From positions 1-64,000 of the IMG/VR virus record IMGVR_UViG_3300042258_000071: a stretch of 64,000 nucleotides of DNA; one strand, written 5' to 3'. The notes under the pieces are model-generated. The model was not told the origin of the DNA, did no database searches, and saw only the letters and a program-made list of their open reading frames with translations. The position numbers and the translations under genes were made by a program. The stretch is from a virus. Its lineage: Duplodnaviria > Caudoviricetes. This document shows positions 50,295 through 60,032 of the stretch, one piece after another; positions within the stretch are counted from its first letter, which is position 1, and every line of letters begins with the position of its first letter.

Positions 50295-51740
50295 TTAAGT
50301 ATCAAAATACATGGAGACGACTTCATCCTCAAGAGTGTGCATAACGCGTTCACCAACTCCCATCACAAATGGAGAGTAGATGATACGGTCATTCACAGCA
50401 GTCGCTCCAAAGAACATATCAATATCATCCCCACTCTCTGTCTTGGCCTGACTTGGCATGATAGCCCCGATAACAGTCTTAGCTTGTGCACCAATAACAA
50501 GTTTATCCCCAGGGCCACATTGAAGATCTTCATCGATCATGATCGTGATCATGACTGTATCTTCTTCAAAGTCTACACCCTGATACTTAGTCCCTACAGG
50601 GATACGGTGTGGGGGAAGGTATTGACGTTCTTTAGACGTTCCACGTACCTCTTTACTTTTCTTTAAGAGTTGAGATGATGTTTTCTTAACAAGCTCTTGA
50701 ATAGAAGGGTGTAAGTCTTCAAAGGGACATGCATGATAGACACGGATAGCTGCGATCGTTCCATGATACTTAGCAGTTGGCATGGAGCGGTTAAGGGATG
50801 CTAGGAATTCCATGGTCTCGGGATCATCGATACTGTCCATAGAATTCAAATCTCCCTCCTCCATGATCATCAAATAATCTGTTGTTTCAACAACATCCCC
50901 AACCTTCACGATGTTAGTAAGCAGGGTATTATTTGTAATTGAAATAGTACGAAGATGTGCAGGTGACATGTGAAGACGTTTAGAAAAGTTAGAAGATATT
51001 TCACAAGAATCTTCAATTGTTTCAGATTTCTCAATAAGAGCAATTTTTGCTGTAAGACCATGTTTCCAGTTCACCTGTTTAGAATCAGGATCTTTCTCAA
51101 AGAACCCACTGTTGTAAACGAGGATATCACCCTTCTTAAACTTCTCACCCTCTTTAACATTGAGGACATTGGTCTGTTTAAGATAGGTTCCAGAAACACT
51201 TGTAAAGGATTCCCCAAAGGAGAAGATTTCAAATTGTTCAGATTCTTTATGTTTCTTAGGTGACAGTCTAATGTAAACAACAGGGCCTTCTTTGAGTTCT
51301 CGAAACTCTTTCTGTGTTAACATTGATGTGTCAGGGACATCTTCAAGTGATTTAAAGGGAAGTTTCTCAACAACTTCAAAAGGTGAAGTGTCATTTACAT
51401 TGACAACATTTCCCTGTTTAATCTTAGAAGCATCTTTGTCAGAACGAATCATGTAGATGAAGGTGTTGTTATCATAAGCTTTTTTTATATCGTCTTTCTT
51501 GATATTTAAAGATACTTCTTTAGAAGTTTTAATTTGTTCAAGATCATATTCTAATTTAAGAAGACCTAGCTTCTCATTAATACCAATAACTTTCCCATTA
51601 CGCTTAGCAGCGCATGCAAAATTCTCAGATGGGTAATGTGCAATAACTTGCTCCATACCCGTTCTGATTCGAAGAGTTTCACCTTCTTGAGATGGTACAT
51701 GATGAGAGAGCTGGATAGAACAAAATGACAGGCGTTTCCC
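50295..51740 (-). CDS. virion RNAP beta-like subunit (phiKZ gp178-like), exon 2
   Basis: GKRLSFCSIQ..H, IRTGME, ETIEDSCEIS, GDKLVIGAQAKTV, DIDMFF..NDRI. Confidence 0.9.
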   Translation of the reverse strand, partial: GKRLSFCSIQLSHHVPSQEGETLRIRTGMEQVIAHYPSENFACAAKRNGKVIGINEKLGLLKLEYDLEQIKTSKEVSLNIKKDDIKKAYDNNTFIYMIRSDKDASKIKQGNVVNVNDTSPFEVVEKLPFKSLEDVPDTSMLTQKEFRELKEGPVVYIRLSPKKHKESEQFEIFSFGESFTSVSGTYLKQTNVLNVKEGEKFKKGDILVYNSGFFEKDPDSKQVNWKHGLTAKIALIEKSETIEDSCEISSNFSKRLHMSPAHLRTISITNNTLLTNIVKVGDVVETTDYLMIMEEGDLNSMDSIDDPETMEFLASLNRSMPTAKYHGTIAAIRVYHACPFEDLHPSIQELVKKTSSQLLKKSKEVRGTSKERQYLPPHRIPVGTKYQGVDFEEDTVMITIMIDEDLQCGPGDKLVIGAQAKTVIGAIMPSQAKTESGDDIDMFFGATAVNDRIIYSPFVMGVGERVMHTLEDEVVSMYFDT

Positions 51741-52095
51741 CGTACTATTCCATAAAGGTTCGGTATCTCCTTCATGCGCAGCATAACCTGCAGCTATGGC
51801 TTTCACCATAGACTAGATCATATCTTTACCTTGAGTCATATGACTGTTAGGTAACTCCCATTTCGAGACCCCTTGGTCCTACAGGCTGACAAAGCCTTGA
51901 TCGTTGAACGTTCATCTTAAGGATGTCTCACGACAGTCTTAAGACACTTCGCTGCTGGTTGCCCAATCTTCACATTTTTCAAACTATCACGCTTGTCGTT
52001 ACCAACTACGTTGTAGTATGTAAAGCTCTAAGGGGGTTCTAGCAATTAGAGAGCATTCACTTAAAACTTTTCAGTTAAAAGCGGACAAATAGTTT
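51741..52095 (-). ncRNA. group I intron (355 nt, no ORF) in vRNAP beta
   Basis: P1 GAU|AAA-cua-UUUGUC; R GUUCAACGAUCA and S AAGAUAUGAUC; terminal G; removal gives in-frame TQDD|GKRLSFCSIQ. Confidence 0.92.
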
Positions 52096-55000
52096 ATCGT
52101 CTTGAGTGCCACCTGGCATAAGAAGAGCTGGTGTACTTAGAATGTTAGAAGGTTCTAAATCGCTAGAAGCCTGCTGTTCACCATACATCCCTCGGGTGTT
52201 AATAATGCGAGGGTTTGCAGACATGTAGGCATTAAAAGCAACTTTTCCAGAATCAGGTACAGACTCAGAAAGAATTCCTACACCATCTTTAGGATACTGA
52301 CGATCCGTAATCACAAATGATTGTTGCGACCGACCACCGGCACCCCCATATGTTGTTTGTGTTTTAGATTTGATATCATGAATGGGGTTAATACTGTCAA
52401 CTGGTTGTAGAGTAGGATCTTGAACAATAGATAGGAAAACTGCTTCAGGGTTGATAGAGAAACTCTTATTAGGATCACGACTAGCTTGATATCGAGCAAA
52501 TTCACGTGCCATAGCGTTATAAACGAAATATGGGAATCGTTCATATCCGCGTGTTCTAAAGTTTTCTAAACTAGAAGCATCTTTTGCTTCCACTGTTGAG
52601 AGCATTTCTGTTGCTCGATACAGGAGACCCTTAACTGTAGTAGGTTCCCCCATGCTAATCAAAACTTCCCGTGTAATAGGATCTACAAATAGATCAAAAA
52701 AACTGTTGATCCCTTTTAGAATATTTGTAGAGTGACCTGCATCAGAGAGTAGTGTGAAGTAAGTATCGACGATATCAAAATCGTCAAGATTCCAAGCTCT
52801 CGTTTCAAAGCGCTTAAGGCCACTTAAAATAAGAGACCCTGTAAGAGGGTATCTTGAAAAGACAAGTTTCCCATCTTTAAAGGGGATCATGATGTCATCT
52901 AGTTTAACAATAGCCCGTTTACCTGTTGGGTAAAACCTATAGGGGTGTTTAATATCTTTAAGAAGTGTTGAGAGACCAAATCGATATCCTAAGAAAAATG
53001 CAATCGGCCATGATTTATCTTGAAGTTTAATCTCAACCCATTCAGAAGGTGTTTTAGAAAGAGGAATCTGATCCCCATACAAAGTATTTAGAAGCTCTCG
53101 TATGGTAAACATCTCAACTGGGTGATCTTTGTCTTTGACACTGATAACGCGAATGATGTTATCTTTACCATAGAACATACTGTCACCATTCTTCTCACCA
53201 CAGAAAACCCCATATTTTTCTTCTAGAGGTTCACGGTACTTTTGAAGGAGACTACTTTGGTCTATTGCTTCAGTTGCAAGTTGAAGAGTTGTTGCAGTAA
53301 GACGATTTTTATAATTAAATGTGAAATGATAATCGTTTAATTTAAGACGACCATAACTCCCCATGAGGACCCCATAATCATACGGGACCTTATCTTCGGT
53401 AGAACTTGTTCCAAATTCAAGATAAATAAGACCTGCCTTCTTAAGAGAGGAGATGTATTTCTTGATACTAGATTTAAAGCTATATGCTGCGCGTTGAGTT
53501 CTTTCTACAAGTGCTTTATTAAAATTAGATGAAAGGTTAACACGATGAGGACTTACTTTGCAGATCGGTAGATTGATCTGTTGCTTCGTCATTCGATAGT
53601 CCACCCCATTGACCCTAATGGTTCCTTCCGGACTCACAATAGGTAGTCTAAAACGACACGTATGTCGCTTTCCCTTGGGATCTTTAAAAGTTATGGTGTA
53701 ATGCCTAATATAATTAAACTCAGTAATTTCATCTTCTTCTTTAACGTCTTGAAGTATCATCCCAACGCCACTAAAAGAAGATAAAACAAGGGCAACATCT
53801 CGGTTGAGAGATTCTCGAATATAAACATTGTCAAAATCCATAATAGAAGATTTCGTCATGGATTTATCTTCAACATAATCTTCTAAGAAAGAGAGTTCTA
53901 CTGATGGATCAGTGTTAGGTTCCGTGTTGAGATATGACGCAATGCTTCTACCAGCAAGATCGATATTGGCATAATGGTTCTCAGCTTCTAAGACCGTTTC
54001 TTTCTGTTTAGAAGTGAGGTTAAGATTCGGATCATTTAAGATGCTTTTAAGTGATGTTGAAATATATTCATTGTGGTCTGGAGCATCCACATAAGAACTT
54101 ACAGGAAGAGGGTCTTCTGGGAGTAAAGATTTAGTGTCAATTGTTGAGAGGTCTGTACTTTGATAAAGAGTGTGTTCAATGGGGAGATCTGTTGGGTCTA
54201 CCGGAACATCTTCTACGTCATCGGCGTCCTCCATGACATCCGTTAAAGTAGAAGTTACACTATCTGCAAATTTATCAATATCTTCATCTGTAAAGTCATC
54301 GTCTAAATTTTGAGTAGTGTCGTCCTCATTTCTAGGTTCAGATTGATTATCTTTCTTTTCTTTAAGGTCTTCAAGAAGGTCAGCTGCTTTAAACTTCATG
54401 ACGTTAACATGTCGAATCATCATGATGTTGTCAGTTTTATTAGGCAACATTAAAGGGAGATCACCAAGATTATAGATGATACCATCTGATGACTGTCCAC
54501 ATGTTAAAATGACATGGATGCGATCAAGATGATCTTTTATATCAGGAATCTTAAAAAGGGAGGTTGTAGCATTCTGAGTTACAATCCCTAGCAAATGGAT
54601 CATGTAGTAATACGAGGGATCCCCTACAACCTTAAGGGATGCAGGCGTAATTTCCTCAAAAGCTCTTAGGAACTGTTCACGTTTAAGGGGTTCTGCTGAA
54701 ATAGGAATTTGAATGAACTGGAGTTTCTCAGGATGACTTTCTGCAATTTTAAGTATTTGATACAACATGGATTTCAAAAGAAGATCCATCTTACGATAAG
54801 CTACAAGTCGACCTGTCATGTAAGTATACAAGAGCGGGTTGTAACTAAAAATGGATAATGCATTTTTACGAGATAAGATCTGTTTTACATCTGTCATACG
54901 TTTTGTAAGTTTACTTGTCTGATTGAATTTTTGAATTTGACTGTTAAATTTTACAGCATTGTGAATGTAGTTTCCAATTGGTGCTAACTGTTTATCATCT

Positions 55001-55275
55001 TTTGGAGGGAGTTCTGTTACATGATGGGCATAGACCGGAAATTCTTCATTTACAATAAAGGGATTAGAAACATCGATTGAGATAGCGCCAGACTCGGTTA
55101 AAAACAATTTATCTGCAATATGCAGTACACTATCAAAGGGAAGTTGTGCATTGCTAAAGTCTGAGATTTTCTTAGGAAGATCCGATCTCCGCCACGCCAT
55201 ATACCCCCTACGAAACACTGGGTACTGCATTCTTTCTTGTGCGATCTGATCACGTTCTAAAATGTTGTCATCCAT
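52096..55275 (-). CDS. virion RNAP beta-like subunit, exon 1 (spliced product ~1541 aa)
   Basis: Start MDDNILER after AGGAG; LPIV..EG.IRVNG, R.RGYER, GAGGRS and GILSESVPDSGKVA motifs. Confidence 0.9.
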
Positions 55276-55366
55276 AGTTATACTCCTATTAAAATATATA
55301 CCTACACATAAAAGTATAGGGGAAGCATCATACCATACATCGGTGCGTGTCATCTATATTTAGATA

Positions 55367-55374
55367 TATATTAC
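55367..55374 (+). promoter_or_regulatory. phiKZ-type early promoter
   Basis: tatatattactattttga. Confidence 0.75.
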
Positions 55375-55403
55375 TATTTTGAATTGTCGCAAGGAGACTG
55401 ACA

Positions 55404-55967
55404 ATGAACGTTTGGAATTGGATTAAATCTTTCACTAAACAAAATGAGGGGGTCCCAAAATTTATCGCTAATCCTCATAACCAAAAAGTTCCTGAGCAAG
55501 AAATTTTTCAGGAACTTGAGGCCGTAACTTCTCAGTTCCCACTAATACTCAAAGCCGATGGTGATGTTTCAAAACGTTCACCGATATATCTCACTCTTCA
55601 ACAGGCGAATTTTACTGAAGATGATCTTGGAAATCCTGTATCTTCCAGTGTGATCTTGGAAAAGATGGGGAGGGTCCCTATTTTAAATATATTTGATCAA
55701 ACAGATATAATCATTTCCAAAAATTACCTCAAGATTGGAAAGTTGGCAAATGATTCATTGCTTATTCGAGTCAATTGCCGAATCAAACTTGAGGGTTCTA
55801 ATGAAGACATGTCTGATCACCTTACGATGGTGGTCCCTCCCTCCCGTAAAGAGGACGTGCACGATGTTCTCATTACATATGCCGGTAAGCATCTGGAAGG
55901 TGGAATCTCCGACATCAAATGGGAAAAACGCGTTCTTAACGTTCTTAAAGCATTACCCACAACTTGA
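55404..55967 (+). CDS. hypothetical early protein (187 aa)
   Basis: AAGGAG SD; followed by hairpin ~55971-56004. Confidence 0.75.
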   Translation: MNVWNWIKSFTKQNEGVPKFIANPHNQKVPEQEIFQELEAVTSQFPLILKADGDVSKRSPIYLTLQQANFTEDDLGNPVSSSVILEKMGRVPILNIFDQTDIIISKNYLKIGKLANDSLLIRVNCRIKLEGSNEDMSDHLTMVVPPSRKEDVHDVLITYAGKHLEGGISDIKWEKRVLNVLKALPTT

Positions 55968-56000
55968 AACATACAAGCATGGTGGGATTTCCCACCATGC

Positions 56001-56300
56001 TTGTATTTATGCATTTGCAGCACCAATGACGTATGGAGAACTATGGGTTTAATGTCATATAAGGAGAGTGACTCAACAGACTCTGATAGTTATGACCTTA
56101 ACTTGAGGATATCTGAGCTTATATTGTTTTACAAATTTTTAATGAAATATCCAACACTAAACCCTTCCATTGATCAGTATATCCATGATTGTGAAAGGAT
56201 CGACTCTTTGAAATTTATCATCCCATCTGAACTCTATAATCATGCGACAGCCATATTAAATAACGTGGCGCAGGAACATGGGTTCTTCTTCGAAAGGTAA
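56001..56300 (+). CDS. hypothetical protein (true start probably ~56043)
   Basis: GGAG upstream of ATG 56043. Confidence 0.55.
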   Translation: MYLCICSTNDVWRTMGLMSYKESDSTDSDSYDLNLRISELILFYKFLMKYPTLNPSIDQYIHDCERIDSLKFIIPSELYNHATAILNNVAQEHGFFFER

Positions 56301-56306
56301 TCTCTT

Positions 56307-57224
56307 ATGTCAGCATTTTCAACCATGTCTAAAGTAGCAGCTGGTGCAACCGCATTCACCGGGGTCTATTATGGCTTCAAAGTCGGAAGTTATATTTTTA
56401 AAGAAAATACGTTCCGGAGTATGTCAAATGAAATATACTGGGAGAATCTTAAGAAAATATTAACAATAATATTTTCCGCATCATCTCGCACGGGGGTGAC
56501 TCTTCCCGATGGATTATGGGTTGAAACCATCAAACTTGCGTGGATAAGGAGTCTTGGAGATGGATTTGCGCCTAAAACCAACCCGTCAGTGCAAGAACAG
56601 CGGGTAATTGCGGTTACGCTCGTCGAGGAAATCTTCGAGAAAATCATCGAGAAAATTGAGCTTAAGAGTGCATATGAGAAAATCAGTTATGCCCATAAGG
56701 GTCTCTCTAACACATCGTGCCCAGCACCCCATGGGTGGCAGGGTTTCATCGATGAGTTCTTTACCGAGAAGGGTTATGAGATTCCTGTAAATGAGCAAGG
56801 CCCTTATTGGGGGCAGCTTGAGTTCATTTATGAGATCCTTGTAGCTGCAACACCGCGTTCGCAGGTCGTGCTAAACGATGGTGCTTGGGAGGGGATCTTG
56901 GGTATGGTTCTTGAAAATATGACACCTGAAGATCAGGAACTTCATGCCGATCCAAGGAGTCATCGATTGCTCCACATTGCTCTTATTGAGCATGTCTACG
57001 AACGCTTGATCAAAAATGTCGGTCTCAATGTTGCGTATAACCGAATTTGCTATGCGCATAAAAATCTTAATGACAAGTCTTGTCCGGCACATTGCGGCTG
57101 GGATAAGTTTATCGAAACCTTCTTTGAAGAGAAAGGTTTGAAATTCGAATCTGACGACGACATATCACCCCCATCAAACAAAGGTCTTCATGAGACCGTA
57201 TCACGAGGAGGTTCCTCATCATGA
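56307..57224 (+). CDS. protein with an N-terminal hydrophobic segment and two tandem ~120-aa homologous domains
   Basis: YW..L...R..V.L.DG.W ... AY..I.YAHK.L...SCPA..GW..FI..FF.EKG occurs twice. Confidence 0.8.
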   Translation: MSAFSTMSKVAAGATAFTGVYYGFKVGSYIFKENTFRSMSNEIYWENLKKILTIIFSASSRTGVTLPDGLWVETIKLAWIRSLGDGFAPKTNPSVQEQRVIAVTLVEEIFEKIIEKIELKSAYEKISYAHKGLSNTSCPAPHGWQGFIDEFFTEKGYEIPVNEQGPYWGQLEFIYEILVAATPRSQVVLNDGAWEGILGMVLENMTPEDQELHADPRSHRLLHIALIEHVYERLIKNVGLNVAYNRICYAHKNLNDKSCPAHCGWDKFIETFFEEKGLKFESDDDISPPSNKGLHETVSRGGSSS

Positions 57225-57409
57225 ATTTTGCATTCTGGTTCGTCTTTCTCGGACTGATGCCTGCCCTCGCCATTTTCATCTTTGAGACAGTGTGCTGGGT
57301 ATTGCGGCGCATCAATCGTGACGATGCGAATGACGATGTCGAACATGCCGATGAGGCATATTTAAAAGAGTCCCTACTCTTGAAGAATTCTACGTTCTTC
57401 AGAAAATAG
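57221..57409 (+). CDS. small single-pass membrane protein
   Basis: GGAGG SD, ATGA overlap, hydrophobic N-terminus. Confidence 0.65.
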   Translation: MNFAFWFVFLGLMPALAIFIFETVCWVLRRINRDDANDDVEHADEAYLKESLLLKNSTFFRK

Positions 57410-57418
57410 GGAACCCAT

Positions 57419-57670
57419 ATGGGGGACCCTTTCTTAGGGTCCCCCATATTTTTTTTCAATGGTATGATACGAGAGATGCAGCTCGTCCACTTCTATATGT
57501 ATCGATCCGACATGACACCTCAAATTCTTGCGGTCCATATCGCTTTTATATTGCTGTTTCTAGGATTTATAGGATTCTTTGTAGCAATGATTTTTTACGC
57601 ATATAAGAGCGGTGATATAGAAGAGTTTTACACTGACCTTCTCAAGTTCTTTTTCCTTAGAAAGACATAG
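57419..57670 (+). CDS. small membrane protein (start probably downstream of the hairpin at 57417-57449)
   Basis: ILAVHIAFILLFLGFIGFFVAMIFY hydrophobic helix. Confidence 0.55.
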   Translation: MGDPFLGSPIFFFNGMIREMQLVHFYMYRSDMTPQILAVHIAFILLFLGFIGFFVAMIFYAYKSGDIEEFYTDLLKFFFLRKT

Positions 57671-57672
57671 AG

Positions 57673-57707
57673 ATAGATAAGAGAGGGGGTGCCCCCTCTC
57701 TTATCTC
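57673..57707. terminator. bidirectional terminator
   Basis: agataagagaggggg-tg-ccccctctcttatct between convergent genes. Confidence 0.85.
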
Positions 57708-57709
57708 TA

Positions 57710-57898
57710 TTATACATTTTTAAGAGGATTTTGATAGGTCATCTGAATCATCATAAGGTCTATCATATCACTAAACGTTCCCTTTAAGAACTTACCTTCA
57801 GGAGTTAGAAATGATCTTGGACTTTCCATGTATTCAGACAGTTCACGTGTAGTGTCTTCACCCCAAATGTAATTCACAGATGAAGTATCCCCATCATA
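57710..57898 (-). CDS. virion RNAP beta'-like catalytic subunit (phiKZ gp180-like), exon 2 (absent from the ORF track)
   Basis: Reads YDGDTSSVNYIWGEDTTRELSEYMESPRSFLTPEGKFLKGTFSDMIDLMMIQMTYQNPLKNV*, completing DYDGD. Confidence 0.9.
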   Translation of the reverse strand, partial: YDGDTSSVNYIWGEDTTRELSEYMESPRSFLTPEGKFLKGTFSDMIDLMMIQMTYQNPLKNV

Positions 57899-58261
57899 CC
57901 TTTATATTCCATAAAGGATCGGTCGCCCCTTATGCGCAGCATAACCTGCAGCTATGACTTTCATCATAGAGTAGACTATATCTTCACTATAGGTTGTGTG
58001 GTGTAACCCTTAAGTGTCTCCTATTTCGGGTCCCTTGACCCTACTCCCCGCTACGGGATAGTCGTTGAACGTTCACCATACTACTGTCGTCACGACATGT
58101 ATAAGGCGCTTCGCTGCTGATCATCCATTGTAACATTTGATACCTTTTTGAACTATCACGCTCACCTTTTCAGGTCACGTTGTAGTGTATCAACTTTAGG
58201 ACTTTCCAGCAATTAAGGAGATATCATCTTAGCTATTTCTAACTAAGTGGACTATCAATTA
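57899..58261 (-). ncRNA. group I intron (363 nt, no ORF) splitting the catalytic DxDGD motif
   Basis: P1 GAU|UA-auuga-UAGUC; P UUGCUGGAA, Q GAUCAGCAGC, R GUUCAACGACUA, S AAGAUAUAGUC; terminal G at 57899; spliced LGAD|YDGD. Confidence 0.93.
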
Positions 58262-59818
58262 ATCAGCTCCAAGCCCCCCAAGGGCACTTGTATGAACAAT
58301 CGTACTATCTAAAAATCCGTCATTAGCATCTAAAGATGGATAATGTGGATACTCAGCATCGTCCTCACCTGTAATGAGGTCATACAGTTTAACGGTGCGA
58401 GAGTTGGATGTTGAGTTAAGGTGTATTTTAGCAGGATAACATGATCCATCTTCAATAGCAGGGTACCGCGTCACCATAGCGTATTTATTAAATGTGGCGA
58501 TATACGTTGCAAGATATACGATCTCAGCCCATGTGATGGGGCGGAGTTTTGTACGATCAACTTTTTTACCTAAATTCTTCTCAAGATCGCCAAGACTCCT
58601 AACGATGGAAATTCGATCACCTTGATCATATACCAAGCAAAGGTAGAAAGGTTTCTTATCACGATTATAAATAGTGACAGCTGACCGTCGAACATCTTCA
58701 TTTGAGAACCGAGTTAACCACTTGTTAATACCTGTCCTTGTAACGAATTTATCTTTTTCTAATTGAGAGATTTCTGTATATACAAGATTTAAAGTTTTAG
58801 GATCAGTGAGAGGAACATTAACCTCATCACTCTCTCCTAAGATGGGGGTGAAAAACGCTGTCTTAAGATGGTGGATAACGAAGGGCTCCATCCCTTTGCA
58901 GGATTGATAAAGTCCTACCATAACTTCATCAGGTTTAAGAGACCGTGGATCATCAGGAGAATCCATCACATAACTTGCAGCACTTAGAACATTACGAGTT
59001 CCAAATGCCACTGAACGTGATCCATACCCACCATTTTGCATGAATCCTCGTTTACCAGTTTGGAAGTTCTCAAGGTAATCATAAACTTCAATAGCTTTCT
59101 CTTGAAGTTTATATCGAACTTGATTATAAATAGGGTTAACTGTTTTTTCTGGAATAGATAAACTTAAAGATATCATACTCCGATAGAGCTTGTTTATTTC
59201 ATCTTGCACCATGCGCGCACCAGACTCGATTCGAATATCTCGAAATCCTGCAGGAAGAACGATGTACTTATTAATAAGAGAAACCTCTCGATACTGATTT
59301 AAGAGGGTGACTCGGTTTTCACGTTTGAGGGATTCTGTTAAAGGAAATTCAATTTCATGATAGTGCGATAAGAAGAACGCATAACCTGTTCCGGCATCTT
59401 CAACATCCTCTGGATCCCCAACAACACGTTCAAAATTTTTTATCTCAGAGTTAAATGTTGCATAAACACGCCCTGCTAAAATGTCGTCATACAGAGAACT
59501 TATTTTGATGAGATTTTTATAAATAATAGGAGCGATGATGTTACTGCTTAGAGGGAGGAACCCAAATTTCTTCATGCGATCATCTGAACCCACTGCCCCA
59601 AAGATTTCTTCTGAGAAGAGACCGTCTTTATGAAAGAGCGTTGTTGATGGTTCTAAGACATCAAATGACGTTACCGCTGCAATAATATTTTTCTGAACAA
59701 AGTCATCTACATCCATAACGCGGATGTTAAAAGGTCCATAACCGGAATTTTTCATATTCGATAAATCTTCAAGCCCTTTAGACCGATTCACAATATCGAA
59801 TGGAATTTGCTGTACCAT
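58262..59818 (-). CDS. virion RNAP beta'-like catalytic subunit, exon 1 (spliced product 581 aa)
   Basis: FHKDGLFSEEIFG, VLPAGFRD, GKRGFMQ..GSRSVAFGTRNV and TRYP motifs; ends LGGLGAD. Confidence 0.92.
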
Positions 59819-60032
59819 GAGTCCTCACTTTTAAACGATATGACATGGTCTTTAAGAATATCATCCACTAGTTCACAATTACAACCAATTAGGGGTCCCC
59901 TCGTATGATGGGGTGTAATTGTGCACAATAATATCCCTAAGTATAATCAGACTGGGTTAAAATCATACTATGCAGTTGCCACCTGTGGGAATTCCCTATA
60001 GGAATAAGGTATAAAAATTAAGAGGAATTTTT

